The notes beneath the pieces were generated by a model. It was not told the DNA's origin. It saw only the letters and a program-made list of their open reading frames with translations, and searched no databases. This document shows, in pieces, positions 8,603-15,690 of a stretch of 32,000 nucleotides of DNA. Position numbers and translations under genes: made by a program. How positions within the stretch are numbered: position 1 is the first letter of the stretch; every line of letters starts with the position of its first letter. Origin of the DNA: Micrococcus luteus NCTC 2665 (lineage in GTDB: Bacteria; Actinomycetota; Actinomycetes; Actinomycetales; Micrococcaceae); contig NC_012803.1 of assembly GCF_000023205.1 (NCBI RefSeq), forward strand, positions 2,370,001 to 2,402,000, in the 5' to 3' direction.

Positions 8603-9475
8603 ATGGAGCAGGACCCTTCCCCGGACGCGCCGGCGCCCTCGGCGGACGTCGAGGCGCTGCGCGGCACCCCCGTGTCCGAGTTGACGCAGCTCTCCCCCGT
8701 GATGTCCGTGGCGTTGGATCGGCTGCGCAAGGACGTCGAGCGTTTCGACCTCGAGTACCGCTCGGCCCTGCTCCAGGTGGAGGCGCGGCTCGAGGTGCTG
8801 CGGGACGAGTTCACGCACCTGCACGACTACAACCCCATCGAGCACATCGTCACGCGGGTGAAGTCGCCGGAGTCGATCCTGCGCAAGGCCTCCGCCCGCG
8901 GGCTGTCCCTGGACCTGGACGCGCTGCGCACCAACGTCACGGACATCGCCGGGGCGCGCGTGATCGTCAGCTTCGCCCGGGACGTGTACCGCGTGTTCCG
9001 CCAGTTCACGCAGCAGCCGGACATCCGGGTGCTCGAGGTGGAGGACTACATCTCCCGGCCCAAGCCCTCGGGCTACCGCAGCCTGCACTGCCTCGTGCAG
9101 GTGCCGATCCACCTGTCCACCGGCACGATCCCGGTGACCGTGGAGATGCAGTTCCGCACGAGCGCCATGGACTTCTGGGCCACGCTCGAGCACAAGATCA
9201 ACTACAAGTTCGACGGCGGCGTGCCCCCGGACATCGCGACCGAGCTCGTGGCCGCCGCCCGCGTGGCCGCGGATCTGGACACCCGCATGGAGCGCCTGCA
9301 CGACCAGGTGCAGGAGACCGACCGGGACGACGACGCCGCCGCGGCCTGGGAGGACGACGGCGGTCCCGCCTTCGAGGACGAGCCGGCGGCGGGGCCGGGC
9401 GAGGCGCAGCCGGGCGCCGCAGGGCCAAGCGACGCGGAACCGGGCGACGACGCGCCCGGCGCGTCCACCGTCTGA
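8603..9475 (+). CDS. Small alarmone synthetase (GTP pyrophosphokinase, RelP/RelQ family)
   Basis: Aligns along the whole catalytic core with my memory of B. subtilis YwaC/YjbM (NPIEH..RVKS, DIAGARVI, KPSGYRSLH, EMQFRT.AMDFWA.LEHK). Acidic low-complexity C-terminal tail. Confidence 0.9.
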   Translation: MEQDPSPDAPAPSADVEALRGTPVSELTQLSPVMSVALDRLRKDVERFDLEYRSALLQVEARLEVLRDEFTHLHDYNPIEHIVTRVKSPESILRKASARGLSLDLDALRTNVTDIAGARVIVSFARDVYRVFRQFTQQPDIRVLEVEDYISRPKPSGYRSLHCLVQVPIHLSTGTIPVTVEMQFRTSAMDFWATLEHKINYKFDGGVPPDIATELVAAARVAADLDTRMERLHDQVQETDRDDDAAAAWEDDGGPAFEDEPAAGPGEAQPGAAGPSDAEPGDDAPGASTV

Positions 9476-9513
9476 GCCCCTCCGTCCACACCTGGCGGGC
9501 CGCGTGCACAGGG

Positions 9514-9545
9514 TTCTCCACAGAGTTGTCCACAGGTGTGGATGA
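9514..9545. promoter_or_regulatory. Cluster of three DnaA-box-like 9-mers (two direct, one inverted)
   Basis: TTCTCCACA at 9514-9522, TTGTCCACA at 9526-9534 (perfect high-GC actinobacterial consensus), and TGTGGATGA at 9537-9545 (reverse complement TCATCCACA). Weaker boxes at 9482-9490 and 9558-9566. Confidence 0.45.
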
Positions 9546-9647
9546 GTCACACGCGTGTGATCCACCGAAGCCGAGCAGGGCGTGACCGCAGACCAGGGAG
9601 GACATGCGGACGGAACGGGGCGGGGCGACTCCCGGTAGCCTGGGCCG

Positions 9648-10427
9648 ATGCCCTCCACCGCCGTGCCGCCGCGCGACTCCGGCGCCGCCTCCACCCTGCC
9701 CGCCCGCACCGGGCACCGCGGGGTGTCGATCCTGCGCACCGCCGCCCTCGTCCTCGTGGTGGCGGCGTTCGTGTGGCTTGCGCTCACCGTGCGCCTGCCC
9801 GGCGTGGACGAGCTGCGCACCCAGCTGGACGGCTTCGGCTGGTGGAGCTGGCTGGCGTTCACCGTGCTGTACGCGGCCGTGGCGCTCACCCCCATCCCCG
9901 TGACGATCATGGCGGTCACCGCCGGGGTGCTCTTCGGCGCGATCCAGGGGACGGTGCTGTCCGTGGTCGGAGCCCTGCTGGGCTCGCTCGGGGCATACGG
10001 CATCGCGCGCGCGGTCGGGCGCGAGGTGGTCCTGCGCCGGCTCGGCCGCCACGCCGAGACCGTGGAGCGGCGGCTCGAGGACACCGGGTTCCTCGCCCTG
10101 CTGACCCTGCGCCTCGCCCCGGGCCTGCCGTACTGGCCCGTGAACTACGGGGCGGGCGCGCTCGCCGTGCCGCTGGGGATCTTCGCCGGCTCCACCGCGG
10201 TCGGTGTGATCCCCGGGCAGCTCTCCCTCGTGGCGATGGGGGCGTTCGCGGTGCGCCCGGGCGTCGTGAACGGCGTGCTGCTCGGAGTGGGCTGGCTGAC
10301 CGTGGGCGGTCTGACCCTGTGGGCGGTGCGCCACTGGCGACGGGCCACCCGGTCTGCGGAGGAGCCGACGGGCCCGCAGAGTGGTCACGACACGCCATCT
10401 CCCCGTGCGCGACGCGGCGTGTCGTGA
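9648..10427 (+). CDS. TVP38/TMEM64 (DedA-related, SNARE-associated) family membrane protein
   Basis: Multiple TM segments. Family-like motifs LTPIPVTIM..AGVLFG and LRLAPGLPYWPVNYGAG. Confidence 0.85.
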   Translation: MPSTAVPPRDSGAASTLPARTGHRGVSILRTAALVLVVAAFVWLALTVRLPGVDELRTQLDGFGWWSWLAFTVLYAAVALTPIPVTIMAVTAGVLFGAIQGTVLSVVGALLGSLGAYGIARAVGREVVLRRLGRHAETVERRLEDTGFLALLTLRLAPGLPYWPVNYGAGALAVPLGIFAGSTAVGVIPGQLSLVAMGAFAVRPGVVNGVLLGVGWLTVGGLTLWAVRHWRRATRSAEEPTGPQSGHDTPSPRARRGVS

Positions 10428-10437
10428 CCACTCTGCG
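10375..10437. terminator. Perfect 22-bp stem / 19-nt loop hairpin at a convergent gene junction
   Basis: 10375-10396 is the exact reverse complement of 10416-10437. It spans the last ~17 codons and the stop of the TVP38 gene, 8 nt from the stop of the opposing gene. Confidence 0.55.
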
Positions 10438-10444
10438 CCGGACG

Positions 10445-10744
10445 TCAGCCGACGGCGCGGCGCACCAGATCGGCGATCCGGGCCCGGACGTCGTCGTCGA
10501 GGGCGGTCAGGGCGAACGACGTCGGCCACATGACGCCGTCGTCGAGCTTCGGGACCACCTCCGTGACGATCCGGTGCACCGCCACCGCCATGGCGCGGTC
10601 CTGCTCGGGCATCTCCTCGATCTTCGCCAGCAGGTCCTGCAGGGCGTCGGCCTTCTTCTTCCCGCCGCGCTGGGCGCGCAGCTCCTGCGCGCGCTCGGCG
10701 ATCGCGGCCTGCTCCGCGGCGCTGAAGCCGGTGGACTCGCTCAC
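10445..10744 (-). CDS. DUF1801/YdhG-like (annotated 'iron chaperone'-type) small protein, apparently shortened
   Basis: GTG start. The N-terminal FSAAEQAAI..ELRAQ...KIEEMPEQDRAMA and the C-terminal DDGVMWPTSFALTAL match my memory of the family, but the central segment seems absent. Confidence 0.65.
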   Translation of the reverse strand: MSESTGFSAAEQAAIAERAQELRAQRGGKKKADALQDLLAKIEEMPEQDRAMAVAVHRIVTEVVPKLDDGVMWPTSFALTALDDDVRARIADLVRRAVG

Positions 10745-10783
10745 GGTGACTCGTCGGGTTCGGGGACGGGTCCTGCCCTGGTC

Positions 10784-11338
10784 TCAGCCCCGACGGCCCA
10801 GGCGACCGAGCAGGCGGGTCTGCCGGTCGGCGTCGTCGGCCACGGGGACGGGCTCGCCCAGGATGCCGGGCGTGTAGGCGGCGTCGCCGAACAGCTCCAG
10901 CGACTCCTCCACGCAGTCCATCTCCGCGTCCGTGAACTGCGCGTCCACGCCCTGCGAGCGGGCCAGGTCCCAACGGTGCACGATCAGGTCGAACGCGTGG
11001 AAGCGGATCAACGCCTCGCCCACGGGTATCTCCCCCAGCGCGGTCTTCATGGGCCGCAGGATGAACTCCTCGTCACCGGCGAGGGCGGACATGGCGGCGG
11101 CGTGCTTGGCCCACTGGGTGGCCAGCTGCTGGCGGGAGCCGTCGAAGAGGGGCACCTCACGGCCCTGGCGGGCGGCGAAGTCGCGCTGACCGGCGATCAC
11201 GTGGTCCAGCAGGTCCAGCGCGTCCCAGCCCTCACACGGGGTGGCGGCGTCCCAGTCCCGCACCTCCCGGACGACGGCGGTGAACGGCTCGGCGGCCGCG
11301 TTCCAGCGGGCCTCGACCTCGGTGGCGGGGATGGACAT
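10784..11338 (-). CDS. TIGR03086-type / mycothiol-dependent maleylpyruvate isomerase N-terminal (DinB-like) metal-binding protein
   Basis: N-terminal motif W..ATPCEGWDALDLLDHVI is typical of the MDMPI_N/DinB_2 superfamily. High GC3. Confidence 0.75.
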   Translation of the reverse strand: MSIPATEVEARWNAAAEPFTAVVREVRDWDAATPCEGWDALDLLDHVIAGQRDFAARQGREVPLFDGSRQQLATQWAKHAAAMSALAGDEEFILRPMKTALGEIPVGEALIRFHAFDLIVHRWDLARSQGVDAQFTDAEMDCVEESLELFGDAAYTPGILGEPVPVADDADRQTRLLGRLGRRG

Positions 11339-12151
11339 GGTGCTCTCCTCAGGGTCGCGGGGTTCTCGGGGCCGCGGCGGACGACGACGGCGCCGCGCTC
11401 GGCTTCTTCGGGCCGCGGATGGACTCGGGGCGGGCCGGGTCCAGGACGGACCGGGGGTCGAAGAACTCCTCCAGCACGGGCCGCTCGCCCGAGACGGCCG
11501 CGGCGAGGCTGATGCCGTCCACGTTGATGCGCGAGCCGCGGTAGTAGCCGGGCTCGAGCTGGCCCCACGCCTTGGAGGTGCCGTCCACGAGGAAGAAGGA
11601 GCGGTAGCCGAGGTCGCGCAAGTAGCGGTACCGCTCGTTGTCCTCCGTGTACGTGCCGGGGCCGGTGACGTCCGCGCCGAACGGGTAGATGAGCATGTCC
11701 GTGGGGCCGAGGATCGGCTCGACCTCCTGGTGCCAGTGCCCCATGTCGAACTCGAGCTCCTCCATGGTCAGCTTCGGCACCGTCCGGTGGCCCCACGTGT
11801 GGGAGGCGAACGCCCAGCCGCTGTCCTTGAGCGCGTCGGCGACCTCAGTGGCGGCCGCGACGTCGGCGTCGAACGTGGGGCTGTCTCCGAACTCGCGGGC
11901 CGAGGTGCGGTAGCCGAACACGCCGTCGTAGCCGGTCATGGCGAGCACGCCGCGGGCGCCGTTGAGGCTGAAGTCCGGGTGCTCGGCGAGGAAGTCGTCC
12001 AGACGCGGGACGACGTCGAACGCTCCGACGTGCCTGGTGCCCTCGGCGTCCGTGTACTCGTTGCGGACGCGGCCGTCCTCGGCCACGATCAGGCGGTCCG
12101 CGAAGCCGTCGCCGTCCATGTACAGGTAGTACGAGCAGTCGTCCAGGGAGA

Positions 12152-12159
12152 GGATTAGC
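12152..12159. repeat. Target-site duplication GGATTAGC (copy 1)
   Basis: Identical 8-mer immediately outside each IS terminus. An 8-bp duplication is typical of the ISL3 family. Confidence 0.85.
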
Positions 12160-13645
12160 GGCTCTTCACACTTGAGCGTGGAGTCCTGCTCGAGGGTGGA
12201 TCTGGGAGCGTCGGCGTGTCCGTCGGAAGCTCCTGGCCAGAATACGTGACTGGTAGTTGGTCTGGTTGCGGAACCCGCGGCCGGTGCGCTTGACCTGTTT
12301 GATGGCCGTGTTGGCCGCCTCGGTGCGGGCGTTCGTGACTCGGGTGCGGATGAACACCTTGATCTCGACCCACCACTTCCCCACGGTGGCCGAGAGCCTG
12401 TCAGCCTCCGGCAGTCCTGCGGCGGCTACGGTCAGCTCGAAGTCGATCCGGGCGTTCTGGGCCGCTGCGACGGTGGGGGCGTTCAGGATCCGCCGCAGGT
12501 GCTCCTTGACCGCCCAGGCGGCGGCGACCTGCTCATAGGCATCGTCGTCCAGGACGTGCTCGAGTCGGCGCAGGCCGGCCTCGGTGAGTCGGTCCCCGGC
12601 CCGCAGCAGCAACATCCGGTGAGCCCACACGGCATCCTGCTTGCGGCCCCGCCGGCCCAGGACTTCGCGCACCACGCGTTGGCGGACCTCGGTGAGCATC
12701 TGGTTGCCGAGCTTGACCAGGTGGAAGTGGTCCACGCTGATGTCCACGGTCGGCAGCACCTTGCGGATCGCGGTGCGGAACGTGGCCGAGGGATCGATGG
12801 CGACCACCTCGAGCCGATCCAGCCAGGCTTCGGAGCGTTCGGCCAGCCAGGCGGTGACGTTGCGGGAAGACCGTCCGTCGACGACGCCGAGCACGTGCCC
12901 GGTGTCGGCGACGACAAAGGTGCTCATCCACGGCTCGACCCGGCACCAGACGGCCGTGTCGGGGTGTTTGAACCACTTGGCGGTGGCGAACCGGTGCTCG
13001 TCGATGCCCAGCGCCCGCACCGGCACCTTGTCGACCTCCGGCAAGACCATGGTGTGGCCCAGGATGGCGGCGTTGACGGTGCCCCACGCCAGGCCATGCG
13101 CGTTGGCGGCTTCCGCGGTGGCCCGGCCGGAGTCCAGCACCGCGGCCACCACGGCCTCCCGCAACCGGGTGGTACACCGGGCCCGGGCCGGCAACTGGTC
13201 CGTGGTCTGCGTGAAGGTCCGGCGCGGGCAGGCCCCCTCGGCGCACAGGAACCTGGGCTTGACGACAACCAACTCCAACAGGTCCCCACCGACAGGGATG
13301 TCCTTCACGGACTGGCGGACCCGCTGGTGCACCCGGCCCGAGAACACCCCGCAGCCCGGGCAGGCCCCCTCGGCGGCATCGGCGGCCACAACGACACGCC
13401 TACCTCCCAGTGGCCGGTCGAGGGCCTGAAGGACGGTGTATCCCTCCAGGTTGAACACCACCGATGCCGCCGCACGGACGTGGTGCTCGGCAGCGGCGTG
13501 GGCAGGCAGGGGCAAGGCAGCGCGCGTACGCTGGGACATGGCTCGTGTCCTTCGTGATCGAGGTTAGATTCTTCGCAAAATCCATCCTCTTGCAAGGGCA
13601 CGGGCCCTTGACTCACGACACCCCCACGCTCAACTGGGAAGAGCC
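12160..13645 (-). mobile_element. ISL3-family insertion sequence, 1,486 bp, apparently intact
   Basis: Terminal inverted repeats GGCTCTTCACACTTGAGCGTGG (12160-12181) and the reverse complement of 13624-13645, GGCTCTTCCCAGTTGAGCGTGG, match at 20/22. Flanked by the 8-bp duplication. A single full-length transposase ORF lies inside. Confidence 0.9.
12166..13539 (-). CDS. ISL3 family transposase
   Basis: 457 aa. N-terminal zinc-finger CPGCG, LGIDEHRF, VAIDPSATF and the DHFHLVKL motif are characteristic of ISL3 DDE transposases. The stop lies inside the terminal inverted repeat. Confidence 0.9.
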   Translation of the reverse strand: MSQRTRAALPLPAHAAAEHHVRAAASVVFNLEGYTVLQALDRPLGGRRVVVAADAAEGACPGCGVFSGRVHQRVRQSVKDIPVGGDLLELVVVKPRFLCAEGACPRRTFTQTTDQLPARARCTTRLREAVVAAVLDSGRATAEAANAHGLAWGTVNAAILGHTMVLPEVDKVPVRALGIDEHRFATAKWFKHPDTAVWCRVEPWMSTFVVADTGHVLGVVDGRSSRNVTAWLAERSEAWLDRLEVVAIDPSATFRTAIRKVLPTVDISVDHFHLVKLGNQMLTEVRQRVVREVLGRRGRKQDAVWAHRMLLLRAGDRLTEAGLRRLEHVLDDDAYEQVAAAWAVKEHLRRILNAPTVAAAQNARIDFELTVAAAGLPEADRLSATVGKWWVEIKVFIRTRVTNARTEAANTAIKQVKRTGRGFRNQTNYQSRILARSFRRTRRRSQIHPRAGLHAQV

Positions 13646-13653
13646 GGATTAGC
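13646..13653. repeat. Target-site duplication GGATTAGC (copy 2)
   Basis: Identical to 12152-12159 and abuts the other IS end. Confidence 0.85.
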
Positions 13654-14407
13654 GGGGTGCGGCCCTCGGGGACCATGAGGGTCTTCGGGCGGACGACGTC
13701 GTCCTCGCCCACCTCGTACAGCTCGTGCGGGGAGACCAGCACGTAGCCGCGGTCGTAAGCCTGCCGGATGACGGCGTCGAACTCGTCCACCGTGACCATG
13801 AAGTCCAGGTAGCCGCCGGCCTTGTCGTCGCCGTCGAAGGCGCGCGCCGGGTCCACCACCAGGGAGTGGAAGAACAGGTGCGGCACCCGGGCCACGTCCG
13901 GCCAGGCCACCGGGTCGCCGGCGGGGGGCGGGCCAGCGGGGGCGGCGGAGGTGGGCGCAGACGAGGTCGGCACGGACGACGACGCCGCCGCGTCCTCCCC
14001 GTCCTGCCCGCAGGCGGCCAGCAGCCCTGATCCGAGCAGGGCGGAACCAGCCAGGAGCATCTGTCGACGGGTCGGCTGCGGCACGGGCGGGGGCATCGGT
14101 CACCTTTCTCCGGGGGCACCCATCATCCCAAGGCCGCCCGGCCCGAGACCACCCCTGCCGAGCGGGCGGGCGGAGGTGGGAACCGGCCGGACATGGGAGG
14201 CCGGCCGGCGGCGGGGCTCGATCCGCCGTAGACGGCCCGGAGTGGTCACGCGGACGACCCGAGCTCGGCGCGGACCGCGTTCGACCGCTTCGTGTTCAGC
14301 AACCGCATCCGCAGCTTCAGCGTCGACTGAGCCCCGGCTGGGAGGCGCCTTCGACGCGCGCCGACGCACGCGCCCCTCGCGCCGTGCCGCGTGCCACACT
14401 GGCGAGC

Positions 14408-14548
14408 GTGACCCGACGTCCGGATGCACCACCCCCGGCCGACCCGCGCACGCGTGCGGCCCTGCGCGCCGTGCTCGCGGTCCTGGCCGTGATGGCGGTG
14501 CTGTTCGCCGCCGTCGTGCTGATGCTGGTCTACGGGCCCGCCCGCTGA
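14408..14548 (+). CDS. Possible small (46-54 aa) single-pass membrane protein
   Basis: Not in the ORF track because it is too short. From GTG 14408 (alternative GTG 14384) to TGA 14546-14548 it encodes ...RTRAALRAVLAVLAVMAVLFAAVVLMLVYGPAR. GC3 is high over the TM part. No clear ribosome-binding site. Confidence 0.3.
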   Translation: MTRRPDAPPPADPRTRAALRAVLAVLAVMAVLFAAVVLMLVYGPAR

Positions 14549-14577
14549 ACCCGTCCCTCCCCGATCCAGGAGCAGCC

Positions 14578-15108
14578 ATGTCCCCCGCGGACCCCACCGC
14601 CGACGTCGCGGCCCGACCGGCCGGCCCCGCCGCGGTGGCCGAGGCCTTCGCGGCCGCCTGGAACGCCGCCGACGCCGACGCGCTCGCCGACCTGTTCGCC
14701 GAGGACGCGGACTTCGTGAACGTGGTGGGTGTGTGGTGGACGCGGCGGCGGCAGATCCGGGTGAACCACGCGCTCGGCTTCCGCTGGATGTTCCCGGCCT
14801 CCCGGCTGGTGCTCGGGCAGGTGCGCGTGCGCGAGCTCGGGGACGTGGCGGTGGTGCACGCGCCGTGGACCATGTCGGGGCAGACCGCGCTCGACGGCGA
14901 CGAGGCCGGCGAGCGCACCGGCGTCCTGCTGCTCGTGGTGCGCCGGACCGAGGCCGGGGCGTGGGAGGCGGTGGCCGGGCAGAACACGGACTCCGTGCCC
15001 GAGGCGCAGACCCACCTGGCCGACGACGACGGGCTGGCCGCGGTGCACTACCACCCGTCGGCGTGGATCGATCCCGACGACGACCCCGACGGCCCGGAGG
15101 CCTGCTGA
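14578..15108 (+). CDS. SgcJ/EcaC family (SnoaL-like, DUF4440) protein
   Basis: AGGAG ribosome-binding site 6 nt upstream of ATG 14578. AWNAADADALADLFAEDADFVNVVG motif typical of TIGR02246-type proteins. Confidence 0.8.
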   Translation: MSPADPTADVAARPAGPAAVAEAFAAAWNAADADALADLFAEDADFVNVVGVWWTRRRQIRVNHALGFRWMFPASRLVLGQVRVRELGDVAVVHAPWTMSGQTALDGDEAGERTGVLLLVVRRTEAGAWEAVAGQNTDSVPEAQTHLADDDGLAAVHYHPSAWIDPDDDPDGPEAC

Positions 15109-15120
15109 GCGGCGGCGGGC

Positions 15121-15681
15121 TCACTCCACCGTCAGCAGCCGCACCCAGTCGTCCTCGACCCGCTCCCCGCCGACCACGAACTGCCGCGCCCCGATCGTCG
15201 CGAAGCCGAGGCGCTCGTAGAACCGGTTGGCCCGTGTGTTCTGCGCGTTCGTGCCGAGCCACACGTGCCGGAACCCCAGCCGCCTCAGCCGCTCGACGCC
15301 GTCGTGCACGAGGGCCTCGGCCAGCCCGGTGCCGCGCCCCTCGGCGAGCACGTACAGCTTCGAGAGGTGGCCGGCCGGCACGTCGCCGAGCCGCTCCGTG
15401 ACGGGTGCCTCGGGGGCCGCGGCGGTCTCGTACATGGCGTAGCCGAGCAGGGCCTCCGGGGCGTCGGCCGCGGCGCCCACGAGCACGATCCGCTCCGGGT
15501 CCGCGATCCACGCGGCCACGGCCGCCTCGCTCAGGTGCAACGCGATGTGCGCCTCCACCGCGGCACGCGGCAGCGAGGACGGGGAGGCGTCCGGGAAGGT
15601 GGCCGCGGCGATCGCGGCGATCGCGGGCGCGTCCTCGGGGCGGGCCGGACGGACGACGGCGGCGCGGGGTGCGGAGGTCAT
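15121..15681 (-). CDS. GNAT family N-acetyltransferase
   Basis: RPARPEDAPAI start, GRGTGLAEALV acetyl-CoA loop, and NTRANRFYERLGF C-terminal motif. Confidence 0.9.
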   Translation of the reverse strand: MTSAPRAAVVRPARPEDAPAIAAIAAATFPDASPSSLPRAAVEAHIALHLSEAAVAAWIADPERIVLVGAAADAPEALLGYAMYETAAAPEAPVTERLGDVPAGHLSKLYVLAEGRGTGLAEALVHDGVERLRRLGFRHVWLGTNAQNTRANRFYERLGFATIGARQFVVGGERVEDDWVRLLTVE

Positions 15682-15690
15682 CCCCGCTCC

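Larger units (their letters stand above)
11349..14096 (-). pseudogene. Lipoprotein polysaccharide deacetylase (NodB-type) gene interrupted by an ISL3 element
   Basis: The 5' fragment (14096 down to 13654) encodes a Tat-like / lipobox signal (RRQMLLAG...LLAAC). The 3' fragment (12159 down to 11349) carries HTWGH. Removing the IS and one target-duplication copy restores one frame reading ...EGRTPLILSLDDCSYYLYMDGDG... Confidence 0.85.

Noticed and set aside
8603-9475. Toxic small alarmone synthetase (toxSAS) toxin-antitoxin or CapRel-like defence gene
   Set aside because: The sequence aligns over its whole core to housekeeping RelP/RelQ (YwaC/YjbM) as I remember them. There is no adjacent small antitoxin-like ORF and no fused C-terminal sensor domain, only an acidic low-complexity tail.
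9514-9545. Chromosomal replication origin (oriC)
   Set aside because: There are only three good DnaA boxes, with no AT-rich unwinding element and no dnaA, dnaN or rpmH nearby in the window. I kept it as a DnaA-box cluster finding, not as an origin.
15100-15135. Terminator hairpin at the convergent junction between the SgcJ-like gene and the GNAT gene
   Set aside because: Only a 7-bp stem (CTGCTGA/TCAGCAG) with a 23-nt loop could be found, which is too weak to call.
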